Assembly: GCF_009914755.1 (NCBI RefSeq)
Contig: NC_060925.1
Source: the human T2T-CHM13v2.0 reference genome, Homo sapiens
DNA length: 64,000 nt
Reading direction: 5' to 3' (one strand)
The translations under genes were made by a program, and so were the position numbers. The notes below the pieces were generated by a model. The model was not told the origin of the DNA and searched no databases. It saw nothing but the letters and a program-made list of their open reading frames with translations. Shown here in pieces: positions 1 to 16,585 of this stretch. Position 1 is the first letter of the stretch. Each line of letters starts with the position of its first letter.

Positions 1-326
1 AAATCTATCTTTAAAAGCTATTTGTGCTATAGTCAGAACCAAAATTATGATAGCACTGCTACTATCTCACATTCGGAAAGTACTTTGTGGTTTTCAGAGA
101 GTATGTTATGTAACTGGACTCTGATAACAAACCTTTGGAATGAACAAGCAGGTAAAATTATAACAGTTTGTAGATGAGAAAAAAAGAATTGAGACTAAAA
201 TCCTATATTTTGAAGTATTTTGGGGGAATAGTGGAAGATGAAATTACCTAGCACTTGTAAATATTTTTTAAAAAGACAGTTATGTGTAATGGAAAATAAA
301 AACTCTCATTGAAAATAAAACCTAAA

Positions 327-952
<626 letters not shown>

Positions 953-2817
953 TCATTTTAAGCCTAAACTTTGCCATCTGTAGGAAAATATAAGAACTTA
1001 AGTTTAATAACTGCATTTATATTTATTGTTTTAAAATTATAATATATCTCTTCTGTTATGGTGGCACCTACATGTTAACACTGGAGAAGCAAGAGCTTAG
1101 AAGGCCACAACAATTTTAATTATCTTGTCCTCTGTCCAAGATGAGCATTTAGCCAGTAGGTAGAGAGAAATAAAGCTGATGTTTTACAATATACTCTCCC
1201 AAAGGCTCATAAATACTTTATCGCTGGGATGCCTCCTTTCACTTATTTCACTTGTCCCTTTAATAAGATCTGTCAACTTTTTCTAACGAGTCTGGTATAT
1301 GAAACAGATTCAAAGGAAAATACAAAGATAGACAGCTGTGAGAAACTTCACCTCCAATAAGCTTCAACAAACACATTAAAAGGAAAGCCGTATGACAGAA
1401 TGGAAGGCTTTGTTGCATTTGCGTGTAATGATCCGGGAAAAGGGGAAGGGCAAAAACAGACAGATGAATGGTGACAGGCAGTGAAAAGATACTCAGAGAA
1501 GAAATATTTGAGCCTTCAACAAGCCGCTCGCTAGGACTGAACGACAGATGGAAAATTTCTACAGCAGCTACCCAAATCCAGAGGGAGGAGAGGACACTCT
1601 CAGAATGGACCAGTTTGATGCACACCTCCCAATACGGACCAGGGAAAGCAGGAAAAAGAGAGGGATGATAACAGGATTTGGCAGCAAATTAATACTTTTT
1701 TAGTAGCCTTTTCAGAGACTGAGCCTGAATTACATGGGCTTGACATGCAAAGGTATAAGCATATTAAAATAATTTAACTGTCAGTTTACTTAGAAGCTCA
1801 AGTTAAGAAAGTAACCTTTTATATGTAGGTTTGTAAATACATTCCCTTTTAAACAAATAGTTTTTGCCAGGGTAACACAAAAGATTCAGGTTAAGCTAAG
1901 CCCTGTGGGGTTCAATCCCTATGGGAGAGGTACCAAGAGATAGGTTTTCCTTTAAAGATCTCTATATTCTCTTACTGCTTAACTAACTCAGAGAGTGTCC
2001 CTTTCAAAAAAAAATAGTCAAAAAAATTAGAACTAGTCCTCTAAATTTGGGAGTATTCATACTCTCATTCAGAACTAACTTCTCCCTTTCAGAAATATAA
2101 GCACTGGTCTTTAACAGATCGGAAAGCTAATTCCTCTTCCTGTTTTCAGACTTATTTGAACCCAATAGCAAAAAAGAACCCTGCTGAAAAAGAATATGCT
2201 GATTTCTAGAGAAGGAAAGTATAAAAGTCTAACCCAAAAGCTTCTTGCACTTTGTTAAATACCAAAGCATCTCCTTCCACTCTGGTTAAGGGGTTACTGG
2301 AAGTCAAGAGTTGTGGGTAAAGAACAACACTTAGAAATGGTAAAAAGAGCATTAACATTAGTACAGCAAGCTAGCACAAAATTCTTACTATCACATAAAT
2401 AAAGTATAGCAATTGCAAGGTTATTACATAGTAATCCATGCACTTCACACATTCAAGAGCAAGTATAAACCCCATGGGGTCACACTCCCTCTCTTCTCTG
2501 ATCTAGGGCCCTTAATTTTGATGTAAAAATGTTCTCTGTCTGCAAAAGGTAAAGAAAAGTATTTCATGCCTTGAGCATTTCATGACCACCAAGAATCCAA
2601 CCACCTGACTGCCCCCAAACTGCATTGGCTAGACTGCAGGGAACATGCAAGGCTGGCATCAGGTGGCACAAACATTACTTTTACAGTGGAGCCCTTCTCA
2701 ACCCGGCGTTCTGGAAAAGAATTAAGTTTTAATGCCCGAAAGGCATCAGTTTAGGTATGTAACAAATTCTCTATGAACTAGAATAGCATTAGCTATATAC
2801 CATTCTTAGAAGAACTA

Positions 2818-3254
<437 letters not shown>

Positions 3255-3938
3255 TCAGGCTCCTATATCCTGAGACAGAGAGAGTGCTTTGAATGTGTGC
3301 ACAGTGAAAAACCATGGAAAGCCATAGCAAGGTTACTGGGAGAGTAGATGCTAAGCTCCCTGGTACTGGCAGTGAGGAGAGGACACAGGTTCACAGTGCC
3401 TGTGTCTAGCTCCTCCTGTTGGCATGGCTGGTCACATCTGGGTGTACTTCAAAAAACCTTGTCAGTCTGATGAAAAACTGCAATGGCAAAGCCCTAGGGA
3501 AAGAGAATACAACTGCCCTATCTCCAATACCTCTTGTTTATACTCCTCCCTTTCATTCTATGCCTTTGAAAACTACAAAGACAGCATTATCTAGAGGTTC
3601 TACTCTACAATTGTCCCCATCTCCTCTTGTCTTGTTTCTATGCTACATTAACCTAAACTGCTATTGCAGTATTCCAAATGCTGTATCTCAGAATCCAAAT
3701 TTTCAGCTTGCTGTTCATTAATGGTCTATAAGAACAAGTGCCATTATTGCCCCAGTCCCCCATGCCACAATGGAGTTGGGAATAGTTATCACCTCAGCTG
3801 TACAATGCAGAGGATGACTCCTTTATTACAAAGAACCAAACAAAGATCTATGAGGGGGGCCTTCCTTTCATAGAATGAAACATGTTTTGTAGTCCAGTCA
3901 CTGACATTTCAAAGAACTCAAATCTCCAAGAATTTCTA

Positions 3939-4172
<234 letters not shown>

Positions 4173-4442
4173 CTAACTGGTCAGAGAACTACAGCATTTA
4201 GTGTTTGATTTCCCTATTCCAACATGAAGCGCTTCCATAGGTCTCACAGGTACAGTCCATTCTCTACATTTAAATTCTCTAGGTAGCACTTTCTTAGATC
4301 TCCTCTATATAAGACTAAACATTTAAATCCTTGTCTCAAAATAAAGATATGTAAACTGTAAAAGGAGGAATTATCCCAACTATCCATAATCTATAAATTA
4401 TTTAATTTCTAGTCCTAAATCTGTCCATTAAAAGGTATTCTG

Positions 4443-5032
4443 GGCTAGGCACAGGGGCTCATGTCTGTAATCCCAGCACTTTGGGAGGCTGAGGCAGGAG
4501 AATCACCTGAGGTCAGGAGTTCGAGACCAGCCTGGCTAACATGGTGAAACCCTGTCTCTACTAAAAATACAAAAATTAGCTGTGCGTGGTGGCGTGCACC
4601 TGTAATCTCAGTTACTTATGAGGCACAAGAAACGCTTGAATCCGGGAGGCAGAGGTTGTAGCGAGCCGAGATTGCGCCACTGCATTTCAGCATGGGTGAG
4701 ACAGAGTGAGACTCCATCTCAAAAAAAAAAAAAAAAACAGGCCAGCCACGGTGGCTCACACCTGTAGTCCCAGTACTTTGGGAGGCCGAGGCAGGCAGAT
4801 CACAAGGTCAGGAGTTTGAGACCAGCCTGGCCAATATGGTGAAACCCCATCTCTAATTAAGATACAAAAATTAGCCAGGTGTGGTCACATGCATCTGTAG
4901 TCCCAGCTACTCAGGAGGCTGAGGGAGAATTGCTTGAACCCGGGAGGTGGAGGTTGCAGTGAGCCAAGATCATCACACCACTGCGCTCCAGCCTGGGCAA
5001 CAAAGCAAGACTCCCTCTCAGAAAAAAAAAAA
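4443..5032 (+). mobile_element. Two tandem Alus (4443-~4737 and ~4740-5032)
   Basis: Two Alu dimers; outer TSD AAAAGGTATTCTG. Confidence 0.95.
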
Positions 5033-5519
5033 AGGTATTCTGGACATAAAAGTCACCAACTCCTAGAACCCAACCATGCTCCCCGCACTAGAAGAAACGT
5101 AATAGAGAGATTTTACTATTTTTAAATAAAGCGATAGGGTCCAAGAGTCTTGTTTCCCTGTATTAATCTATTCTCAAAATTTCTTTTTGTCATAGATGTA
5201 TTTTTTCTTATTTGAGTGGAAAGCATGATTCTTAATCAAATGTTGCAACAGTAAATAGATTTTAACAAAAGCTGATGTAACTAGAAAGTTAAAATTTCTT
5301 CAAATCAAATGAATTTTCTAGAGTTACCTCTTTTCTTAGAGAAGACTTCCAATATGAAGAACCATCAAAGCAAATTCAACAACCTCAGAAACAAAGATGC
5401 TATTATAAAACAGAATATTCTAAATTTTCCAGTTCTAAGTCAACTCTCCTCACTATTTTAAGCAATTGCAGTTTTGCACCAGAGATGACCAGGTTGTCCT
5501 CTGAACTTGGGCAGCTCAC

Positions 5520-5629
5520 CAGAAATATCCCAAACGCGCACAGTCTGGTCCAGGCTGGCTGATACTACCAAGTCTTCTGTGGGGTGGAACTGAGCACACA
5601 TCACATAATGGTTGTGCCCTGTTAACACA
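5520..5629 (-). CDS. COPA: COPA exon 6 (contains codon I164)
   Basis: [37 protein letters not shown]; TTGCAG/GTGAGC; 110 nt. I did not find exon 7 in 1-5519, so it presumably lies left of the window. Confidence 0.97.
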
Positions 5630-5952
5630 CTGCAAGAAAAAAAAAAGACAATACCAAATTAGAGGTGGAAGTCAACAGACTCCTAAACTAAATACCTTTC
5701 TCCATATTCAATAAATGCTTATCCAGTTTTACTTTTATGGAGACAAAGGCAGGTCATCCTACCAATTCTGAACTAATAATAATAAGCCCAGTCAGCTATT
5801 TTAACAATAGTTCTCTTCTTGCCTCTAATGCTTTAGTATTTAAATATTACTAATTTCAGGAGGACTAAGATTACATAGCTCTTCTCTCAAAAATATTTTA
5901 AAATATCAAAATAAATGTAATCTCAGTAATCCATACTGTAAATTATCTGTGA

Positions 5953-6308
<356 letters not shown>

Positions 6309-6673
6309 TAAATGGTCCCTAACTCTTCATGGAAAGTTCTATGTAAAGCTCCAGCTCCAAACACAAAATAAGACAAAGGTCTAGACCTTGACTCAGGTTT
6401 TATGGGAAAATAATTGAAAACCAGCTAAAAGTTCTTGTTCTAAAAGGCTATATGACTTCTCTTCCTGGTAAGAAATTATTGGAAGTCCAGATTCATATAT
6501 GGGATTGCCTCTACATTTATTATTTTGCACTTAAAAGCATCCTACAAATACAATCAGTAATTAATCAGCCGACATAGTCCATTTGAGAAGGGAGAAGATT
6601 GTTCTAAGAGAAGCTCATTATGAAAAACTAGGAAAAATGAAGACTCTTTTCGAGCCCTCTGCCTCCTGCTTTA

Positions 6674-6850
<177 letters not shown>

Positions 6851-7037
6851 TCAGCTACATTAGCAAAGGGGCTGCTGCTTTTGCTATCAGGTTAGCTGTC
6901 TCCTTTTCTCTACCACTCTAACAGCTTTTCTCAACTTCGGCACTTTCACCTATAAGACTTAAGAATGGAAGCCAGTTAGAGGCACAATACATTCTCAGAG
7001 GCAGATAGTGAAACATACATTTACATTTACTTCTATA

Positions 7038-7058
7038 TGTGTGTGTGTGTGTGTGTGT
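7038..7058. repeat. (TG)n microsatellite
   Basis: Directly visible. Confidence 0.9.
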
Positions 7059-8313
7059 ATTTATATACAGTTAATCATGTAAATTAAGATCCTGTGAAAG
7101 ACTCTTCTACCTTTAACTCTAGGATGGGAATATTATTTTATTGTCTGACTTCTTTCTGTCCAGTTTCAAAAAATTCCCAGGTCTCAGCAAGCAAAGCAGA
7201 AAGTAACATGTAAAGACAATTTAGCCTTTTTGGAGTCTATAAGATTGTTGAGAAAAGGAAGTATTTCTTATTTACACTTCCTTCTTACTACACTTGCTAA
7301 GCTTTGTGTTAAACACTGAAAATAGATGGTATTTCTATTTTCAATAGAGATAGTATCTCTACCTTCAGTATTTAGCACAAAGCTTAGCAAGTATAAGGCA
7401 CACACATATTTAGTGAGCTGGTAAAATGAAAGAAAATAAGGTCTTTCGTAACTTTCCAGGTAGATGGCAACTTGTTCTAGGCAAGGGTCTTCAGGAAGTC
7501 CTTTATGGCAATGACAAATAATTCCTACTTAATAAGTTATCTTATTGAGTGGTTATCATTCTCAAATGTTTAAGCTGTAATTTTCTCATTCTCTCCTATC
7601 CTAGAATTTTTTAATTAAAAAAAGAAATAATATATACTCAACCAGTAAATTGTTTATTTCATCATATTCTTTCTAACTTAATTAAAGAGACTTAATTTAC
7701 TGGCAATCAAAGAATAGTGTAAGTTAATGCTAATACACAGAACTATAAGGAGATCCTGTCAGGGTGCAACTGGATTCAGAGGTTGGGAGTCTGTAATCTG
7801 CACCTCACTATCTAAATCTACTATGTTACCTGGCAGATCAAAGAAAGTAGTAAGCCTGGCTAAGGGAACAGCCTCCACCAGACCCAAAAATCCTAGGATA
7901 GAGGGGTATGATTGTTAATACTTCGAAACGTTTGTTAGCTGATCAAAATGGCATCTTAGTCTGACCTTCTTCCAGACACACCTACTACTTACTAATAATA
8001 CCCTACATGGGATTAGCTGGCAAACTTTTGTTTTTTGGTTCAGCAAATCTGAAATCAAATCCCTACTTTTCCCTACAGAGAAACAATGACTTCCCATAGA
8101 ATCCACTGAATCCAATAAAATTAAATTCAGTATAATCCCAAGTGCTTCCTTTTGCAGAAAGAAAAAAAGCAGAAAGGACAATACCACACAGATTGTAGAA
8201 GAGCCACTCCAAAAACAACTCTATTATTAAAACATGGGTTCTCAAGGATCAAATAAAGATTACTATGGGGAAACTAAGAATGCTCCAAAACTAGCGCCAC
8301 CATGACTACTTAC

Positions 8314-8394
8314 ATGATGAAAAAACGTGGTGCGAATATAATCTAAGTGCCCAAGCAATGTGAAAAGACAGCGCCGAAGCTTGTAATTCCAAAC
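8314..8394 (-). CDS. COPA: COPA exon 4
   Basis: [27 protein letters not shown]; TTGCAG/GTAAGT; 81 nt. Confidence 0.97.
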
Positions 8395-8673
8395 CTGCAA
8401 AGACAAATCAAACTAAGAAACAGAAATAGTTATTGAGCCTCTAAAAGGCTCAGAGAAATTGATATCTTTACAGAGATAGAAATATGTATATAAATATAGA
8501 TTTATATACATTATTTGTATTTTGGCATTTCTAAATAGGTAGGAACCTTGGTAGAAAGCCTTGTTTAAGATTTGAGGGGAAAAGAACAAGAATGAAAATA
8601 TAGGTCAGATAAACAACATGGGGTTGGGGTAGGATTAGGGAAAAGCTAAAGATAAAATTATTGAAGTTTTTCA

Positions 8674-8978
8674 GGCTGGGCGTGGTCACTCATGCCTGTA
8701 ATCCCAGCACTTTGGGAGGTCGAGGCGGGTGGATCACAAGGTCAGGAGATCGAGACCATCCTGGCTAACATAGTGAAACCCTGTCTCTACTAAAAATACA
8801 AAAAATTAGCCAGGCGTGGTGGCATGTGCCTGTAGTCCCAGCTACTCGGGAGGCTGAGGCAGGAGAATCGCTTGAACTCAGGATACAAGAGGTTGCAGTG
8901 AGCCGAAATCATGCCATTGTACTCCAGCCTGGGTAACAGAGCGAGACTCAGTCTCAAAAAAAAAAAAAAAAAAAAAAA
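8674..8978 (+). mobile_element. Alu
   Basis: Alu consensus with poly-A tail. Confidence 0.95.
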
Positions 8979-9135
8979 GTTTTTCTTTCTTTGGGAAGAA
9001 GCCATCTGCATTTAATAGCAGGAGATATTTATCCAGGGCTTGATTTGCAACTCTTTTTTCTACTGCAAAATTGTGCTCTTGGCTTGAATATAGACCCCTT
9101 AAGTGCTTTACCCATCACTTTTAAAAAGTATGACA

Positions 9136-9469
<334 letters not shown>

Positions 9470-10496
9470 TCAGCTTCTTAGGCTCCTAACTTGATGGCAA
9501 ACAACGCCCATACATGTGTGGTCTGTACTCACCTGTCAAGCAAACAGACCTTAACTTATTACATGGAAAATACTACATTGCTCAGTAAGCCTGAGCTAAG
9601 CAGAGAAACAATATCATATTCAGATGTGAAGTTGAGTCAACTACCAAAGTACTAGGCATCAATGAACACAACTGAAGACATGAAAACCAGGATCATAAAT
9701 ATAAAATAGCTTATCTTCCTCATTCAGAAAATCCCCTAAAATGTACAAAAATAAGAGACCAGATGCATTTTTCTTCTTATTTAATTTTTTTAAATTTCTT
9801 TTTAATATTTGTTTATAATCAATCTGGGCCAGCTTGTTACTATTTCTAATTTTTAACTTTTCTTCAGTAAATTATAAAAATTTCATTTCCTATAACAAGT
9901 CCAGACAATCCAAAAGTATGATCTTCCAAACAAGAATGCTGAGTTCCTTAAAGGCAGGGTTCTTGTCCATCATGCTCAACACTATACCCTTACCACCTAA
10001 CACAGTGCCTGACATTAGGTAAGTGCTCAGTAAGCATTATGTATGGAAATAAGAATAACATGAAAAGTTAAGGTATTCCAATACCTTTGCCTCTATCTAT
10101 TCAATCAGCTACATATAAATACACATGTACACAGTAGAGTTTCACATAAAAATTAGACCATACCATAAACACTATTCTTTAACTGACTTTTTTCCCCTTA
10201 TAGAGTTCAGTGTTTTAAACTTTCATATTTCTAGTTTCAAAATGTCTTGACTCCTTTAATGGCCTAAGTCAAGCTCCAAAACTGTAAATCCTTAAAAACT
10301 TATAGGGGTTTTAGATGAATACTCTGACCATTTGCTGGGCTCCTTGTCTTACTCTTTGTCAACGAGGATTATAACTAATGCTACATTTATCTGGATATAG
10401 CAAGCAATAAGATGGTCCACAGACATGACTTTTCTAGATAATCCCCCTTTTTATGGAAAAATGTTCAAGTTTATTAGTCATCAGAGAAATTAATTA

Positions 10497-11150
<654 letters not shown>

Positions 11151-11729
11151 AATTTCTTTTCCAAAATATTAGTCATTTTGGGAAAACTTTTTCTTAATTA
11201 ACACCCAGTTTTTCCTTTTTAAACAGATTATAAGAATCCCAAGTTAACCATTCTTGATACTCAATGTTCATCACTATAAATAACAAATACAAAAATACTA
11301 TAATGAGGTGATATCCTTATGGGCTTTTGAGATCTGTCAGGTGGTTTGAGTTTTGATTGCCCCAGGATGTGGTGCCTAAAAACTAGAAAACAGAAAGAAA
11401 TGTCCTTCCTATAATTCTAATAGCTCTTTTCTCTGTAGGCAGCTGTCACTCTTTACTCCCATCACCTAAGTTCTGCGGTATAATCACAATATATAACTTC
11501 TTGAAGTTGCTTATGAAAAGACTTTACCTTTTTATGAATTAAATTTCACTGGTTCGGTTTGACACATAGACTTAATGAAAACAACTAAAGGAAGTAAACA
11601 GAGGAAATTTTGATTTATTTTTATAGGTTGCTAGTCTCTGGCTCTAACTTTTGCTATTATGATAGTCAGTTGTCTTTAAAGAATTGCCTATATTCTGTCT
11701 GCTTCCTCATTTCACACTAAGGCCTTCCA

Positions 11730-12850
11730 AATTAAGCAATTCAAAGGTTATTTCTCAATCTTGATCTTATTCTGAACACTTTCTCCTTCCCAAAATTCTC
11801 TTCTTCCTTGGCATCCAAGAGGCTTCTTCTCCCTCTTGGTTCATCTCGAACCCCTCGAATCACTGTTTCCCATACTAACTCTACTTCCTCTCTCTCCCTT
11901 AAATGATGGTCTGTCTTCTTATTCAACGTACTCCTTGAGCAATATCTTCTACTGCTTCTCCTTTGGCTCCTCCCTTCATGACGACAAATCACAAATATAT
12001 TTCTAGCACAGACACCTCAACTAGACTGTCCCTTAGGTCCCTCAAAATCACCAGAGACAAGATGGAATTCATTATCCATTCTCTTCCACTCCAGAAAACT
12101 ATCTCCTCCTGATTTTCCTTTCCTAGTTAATGACACCCCCTTTACCCAGTGACCTAAACTAGAAGCCTGAAAGTCAGCTCATTTATTTCTCCTTATTGGC
12201 CCTTATTTCTCCTTATTGGCCATCTCATTTATTTCTCCTTATTGGCCATCACCCAACAGACACACTGATTCATTTCCTTAAATTCTCACATCCATCTCCT
12301 TCTCTCCATTTCAAATGCTACTACCTAAGCTCAGGTTTCCTAACTGGTATTTTTGCCTCCTGTCTTGCCCAAATCATCCAATCTTTTCTTTAATTACCAC
12401 CAAGTAATCATTTTAAAAACATATAAATCTGGTATCACTCCTGTATTTAAGTTCCTCAAATGGCTCCTAGTTATCTGCATGATAACATCTAAACTCCTGA
12501 GCGCCACAAACAGGTACTCCATGATCTGGCCCCTCTCATCTTCTGCCCCTTCTCTCACCATTTCTCCAGGTTTTCTCCATACAAAACCAATAACAGCTGC
12601 CCTGTATCTAGCTGTGTCATGCTTTTTGTCTTTGCACCTATACTGCTCTTTCCTATTTCACTGTGAATATCTCTCTATTATATTGCTTACCAAACTGTAC
12701 ATGCTATTACTTGGATATATGTTTATCTTCTGTATTAGAATAAAAGCTCCTTGAAAACAGAAGCCATTTCTTATTTATTTTTGAATTCCCTAAAAAGAAA
12801 ACAGTGTCTGGTACACAGTAAGCATTCAATAAATGTTTGCTGAGTAAGTT
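11730..12850 (+). mobile_element. L2 (LINE2) 3' fragment
   Basis: Pyrimidine-rich L2-like body ending CAGTGTCTGGTACACAGTAAGCATTCAATAAATGTTTGCTGA. Confidence 0.75.
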
Positions 12851-12959
12851 CTCCGGATAATGTTGTCAAAGGCCTGAGCTCTGTATGAATGAAATTTCCT
12901 GTCTTTCAGTTCCTTTCATGATTCCCAAACCTTCCCACATCCTCTTTCCTTTATTCTCA

Positions 12960-13106
<147 letters not shown>

Positions 13107-13229
13107 CTAAGGTGATTCCTATTCAGGATTTTTCAGTTCTATCATTTCCACATTCTTTAATCATAGAGGAATCCATGTCAAACAAGGCTTAAAATACCCC
13201 AGGATATTATAAATACTTATACTCCTTTA

Positions 13230-13424
<195 letters not shown>

Positions 13425-13459
13425 TCAATTCTGATAAGAAAAAGAAACATCAAGGTTAA

Positions 13460-14930
13460 TCCTAGGTTCATTCATTCGACATGCTTGATGATTTTTTACT
13501 GGATGCCAGACATCGTGAATTTTATGTTTGGTACTAGATTTTTGTCATATTCCTTTACATATTCTTGGGCTTTGCTCTAGGATACAATTAAGTTACTTGG
13601 AATCAGTTGATCCTTTCAAGGCTTGCTTTTAGGTTTTATTACAGAGGGGCTACAGCAGCCTTCATTCTAGGCTTAATCTGGAACCACTATTAAAGCAATA
13701 GCCATCTGAGGTCTCTATTTGAAGCCCTGTAATATTAGGAAGTCTTTCCTTTCTGGCAAGTAGGAACACAAACTAGTCCCAGTTCACTAGTGTGAACTCT
13801 GGGGATTGCTCTGCCTTCTCCTTTCCAGTGGTCCTTTTTCAGGTTTTGAATAGTTTTCTCACATGCAGATCAGTACTCAAACAAAGACCTGAGAAGACAT
13901 CCTGCAGATCTCTAGTGCTCTCTCTCTGCAGCCCCCTCTTCTCCGGTATTTTGCCCAACAAAATCTAGCCATCTTTGCTTCCCCACACTCTAAATTTATG
14001 TCTCCTCAGAAAGACCAAGGGATTCCCCTCTTCACTGAAGCCTAAAAACTCTCTAGGCAGTAATCTACGACAATCACAGGACTCACCTTGTTTATTTGCC
14101 TTCTCTGGAGAATTATTTTCCTGCACTGCCTGTTGCCCAACATCTGTGAGCAATGTATGAACCTTTGTTTCATACATTTTGTTCAGTTGTATAGTTAAGG
14201 TGGGAAGGTAAATCTGGCTCTTGTTATTCTATCATGACTGGAAATGGAAGTCCCCAGAGGTAACAACTACTAACAGTTTGAAGTGTATCCTTTCAGATTT
14301 TTAATGCAGTTACACATAGACATAGGCTTTAGTATTTTATGAAAGTGGGGATCACGTTATGATGTTGTTCTGCAAACTTCTTCCTCACTTAACTATATAA
14401 TATGGATCTCATGGAAGTACATATAAACATAACCTCATTCTTTTTAACTACAAGGGACAAATGTACTACACTTATATTATTCTAACAGGCATTTTGTCCG
14501 CCAATTTTTGGCTATCAGAAGAGCCTACTGAAGATACTTCTACACATAATCTAGCCTATTTGCATTATTACTGCCCTAGGCTAAAGACCTGTGAGATTGC
14601 TCAGGAATAGAATATGTGCACTTAACATTTTAGTACATATAGTTTAAATGTAAAAACACTGTATCAATATACAGTCTCATGAAGTTTATGGAGGTGCCCA
14701 TTTTGCACACAGGCTGCTATCAGCTATTTGTTGTTTTGTTTTATAAATCTAAGACCCTCCCCCCAAAAAAGTAACTTAACTTTTTTTTTCTTGCATTTCT
14801 TTCATTACTAGTGAGGTGGAACTATTTTAATTATTTATTGAACATTTACAATTTTTCTTCTAAATTGTCTATTTTTCCATTAGGTTCTTTTTTTTAATTA
14901 TGATATATAAGTACACTCAACAATGGATGT
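13460..14930 (-). mobile_element. Old L1M fragments
   Basis: Resembles L1MC/L1ME sequence by eye; subfamily and boundaries uncertain. Confidence 0.5.
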
Positions 14931-15139
14931 TTGCCCTCAAATATTATGACATCTTTGTTTTTCCTTCTGTACTGCCCAGCAAGAAATTAGGAGCAGAAAA
15001 GAAAACTGAAAGATTATGAAGACCCATTTCACATTTCACCTATACAGGTCTCAGAAATTCTTAATGGTACCCATCTTTCAAGGTCAAGTTTCCCAAGAGA
15101 CTTAGAAACTGCTCAGAATATATTCACACATTGATAACA

Positions 15140-15370
15140 ACCTCCAGTTTTTGAGCTACTGAGTCTACACCAGGCGCTGTAATAAATACACTCCATATAC
15201 TTTCTCATTTTAATACTCTCTATAAAAGACGATTTTACAGATGAGGAAATACAGACTTAGAGACATTAAGTAAGTCATCCAAGTCACAGCTTGTTAGTGG
15301 ATGTCTCAGGATTCCAAGGCAAGCCCATCTGACTTCAAAGACCAAGTTCCTAACCACTTTGTTACGCTGC
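15140..15370 (-). mobile_element. MIR
   Basis: MIR core TTTTACAGATGAGGAAA...CAAGTCACAGC. Confidence 0.8.
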
Positions 15371-15510
15371 ATCTCACTAAATATTCTAGATACTATTTTT
15401 TCCAGGTCTTCGGAGACCTTACTTCTCTGACTTTCACATTCTAACGTTCTGAGGCTAATACTGCGATCTCAGTATTTGCCCTCCACCCCCAACGACCCAC
15501 ACTCGAGCTC

Positions 15511-15656
15511 TAGAGCTGCCGTACTTAGCAAATAAAAATACGAGATTTCCAGATAAATTTGAACTTCTGGTAAGCAACGACAGACTAAAAAACTATTCAT
15601 TGTTTACCTGAAATTCAAATTTAACTGGGTATCCTGCATTTTATCTGGCAACTCTA
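15511..15656. mobile_element. MER53-like palindromic MITE with central deletion
   Basis: Terminal inverted repeats TAGAGCTGCC / GGCAACTCTA; internal AAATTTGAA / TTCAAATTT arms. Confidence 0.8.
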
Positions 15657-16202
15657 TCAAGTTGAGACTTTATTGGGGTTATAAGCCTCAAGTACTATTT
15701 CCGGGTAGTAAATAAAGCCGAATGGAGGCACTGATGTTGAGATGCTGCAGCCAAGGCCTCCTTAAGTGAGGTTGCCACTACTCGTCTCCAAAAAGGCTAC
15801 TGACTCGGGTGCGAGTAACAGAGATCGAGACTCAGTTCCCAGGGCCACTCCATATAACACAGTCATCAAAAAGCCAACAGATCACAGGGCCTTTGGAGCA
15901 GAACAACACAAATCGGGAGCACAGCCAAGAGAGAAAGGGGGAAGAAAGAATAGGGAGGGGGTCTAAGGAATCCCCTGCAGTGTGGGAGCCACTTTATAGG
16001 TAAATCGAAGCCCAAGGACACACCAAAGAAGAGGGGACTGGAGAACCGCTAGCCAGGCCCAACCTCTCTCCCACCCTCCGTCTTCCTCCGGGTCCGTCTG
16101 GTGGGCCCATTTCGACCAACACCTCTACCCATTTTCTCTTCCCCGGTGTCAGCGCCGCTCCTGACATCCAACCTCCATGTTCCCCCTTTTATTCTCCACT
16201 AC

Positions 16203-16242
16203 CTTTGACCCGCGCGCTCTTGGTCTCGAATTTGGTTAACAT
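16203..16242 (-). CDS. COPA: COPA (coatomer alpha) exon 1, coding part
   Basis: ATG at 16242 (minus) reads MLTKFETKSARVK-G; GT donor at 16202-16201; 40 nt. Confidence 0.97.
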
Positions 16243-16375
16243 CTCTCAGGTCTCCGACTCCGATGTCTTAATCCGAGCCCCGACACACCCTGCTGCCCTT
16301 CGGACGCCTCCACGTCAGCGACCCTCTCCCGCGGTTTCCGGAAGCGCCTGGAAACACGAACTTCCGGTCTCTTAG

Positions 16376-16585
<210 letters not shown>

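Noticed and set aside
1890-1926. B-box-like GGGTTCAATCCC resembling a tRNA 3' half
   Set aside because: No A box, cloverleaf or TSD visible; too short to call.
12183-12247. CRISPR-like direct repeat array
   Set aside because: Eukaryotic intron; spacers are 1 and 7 nt; simple tandem duplication.
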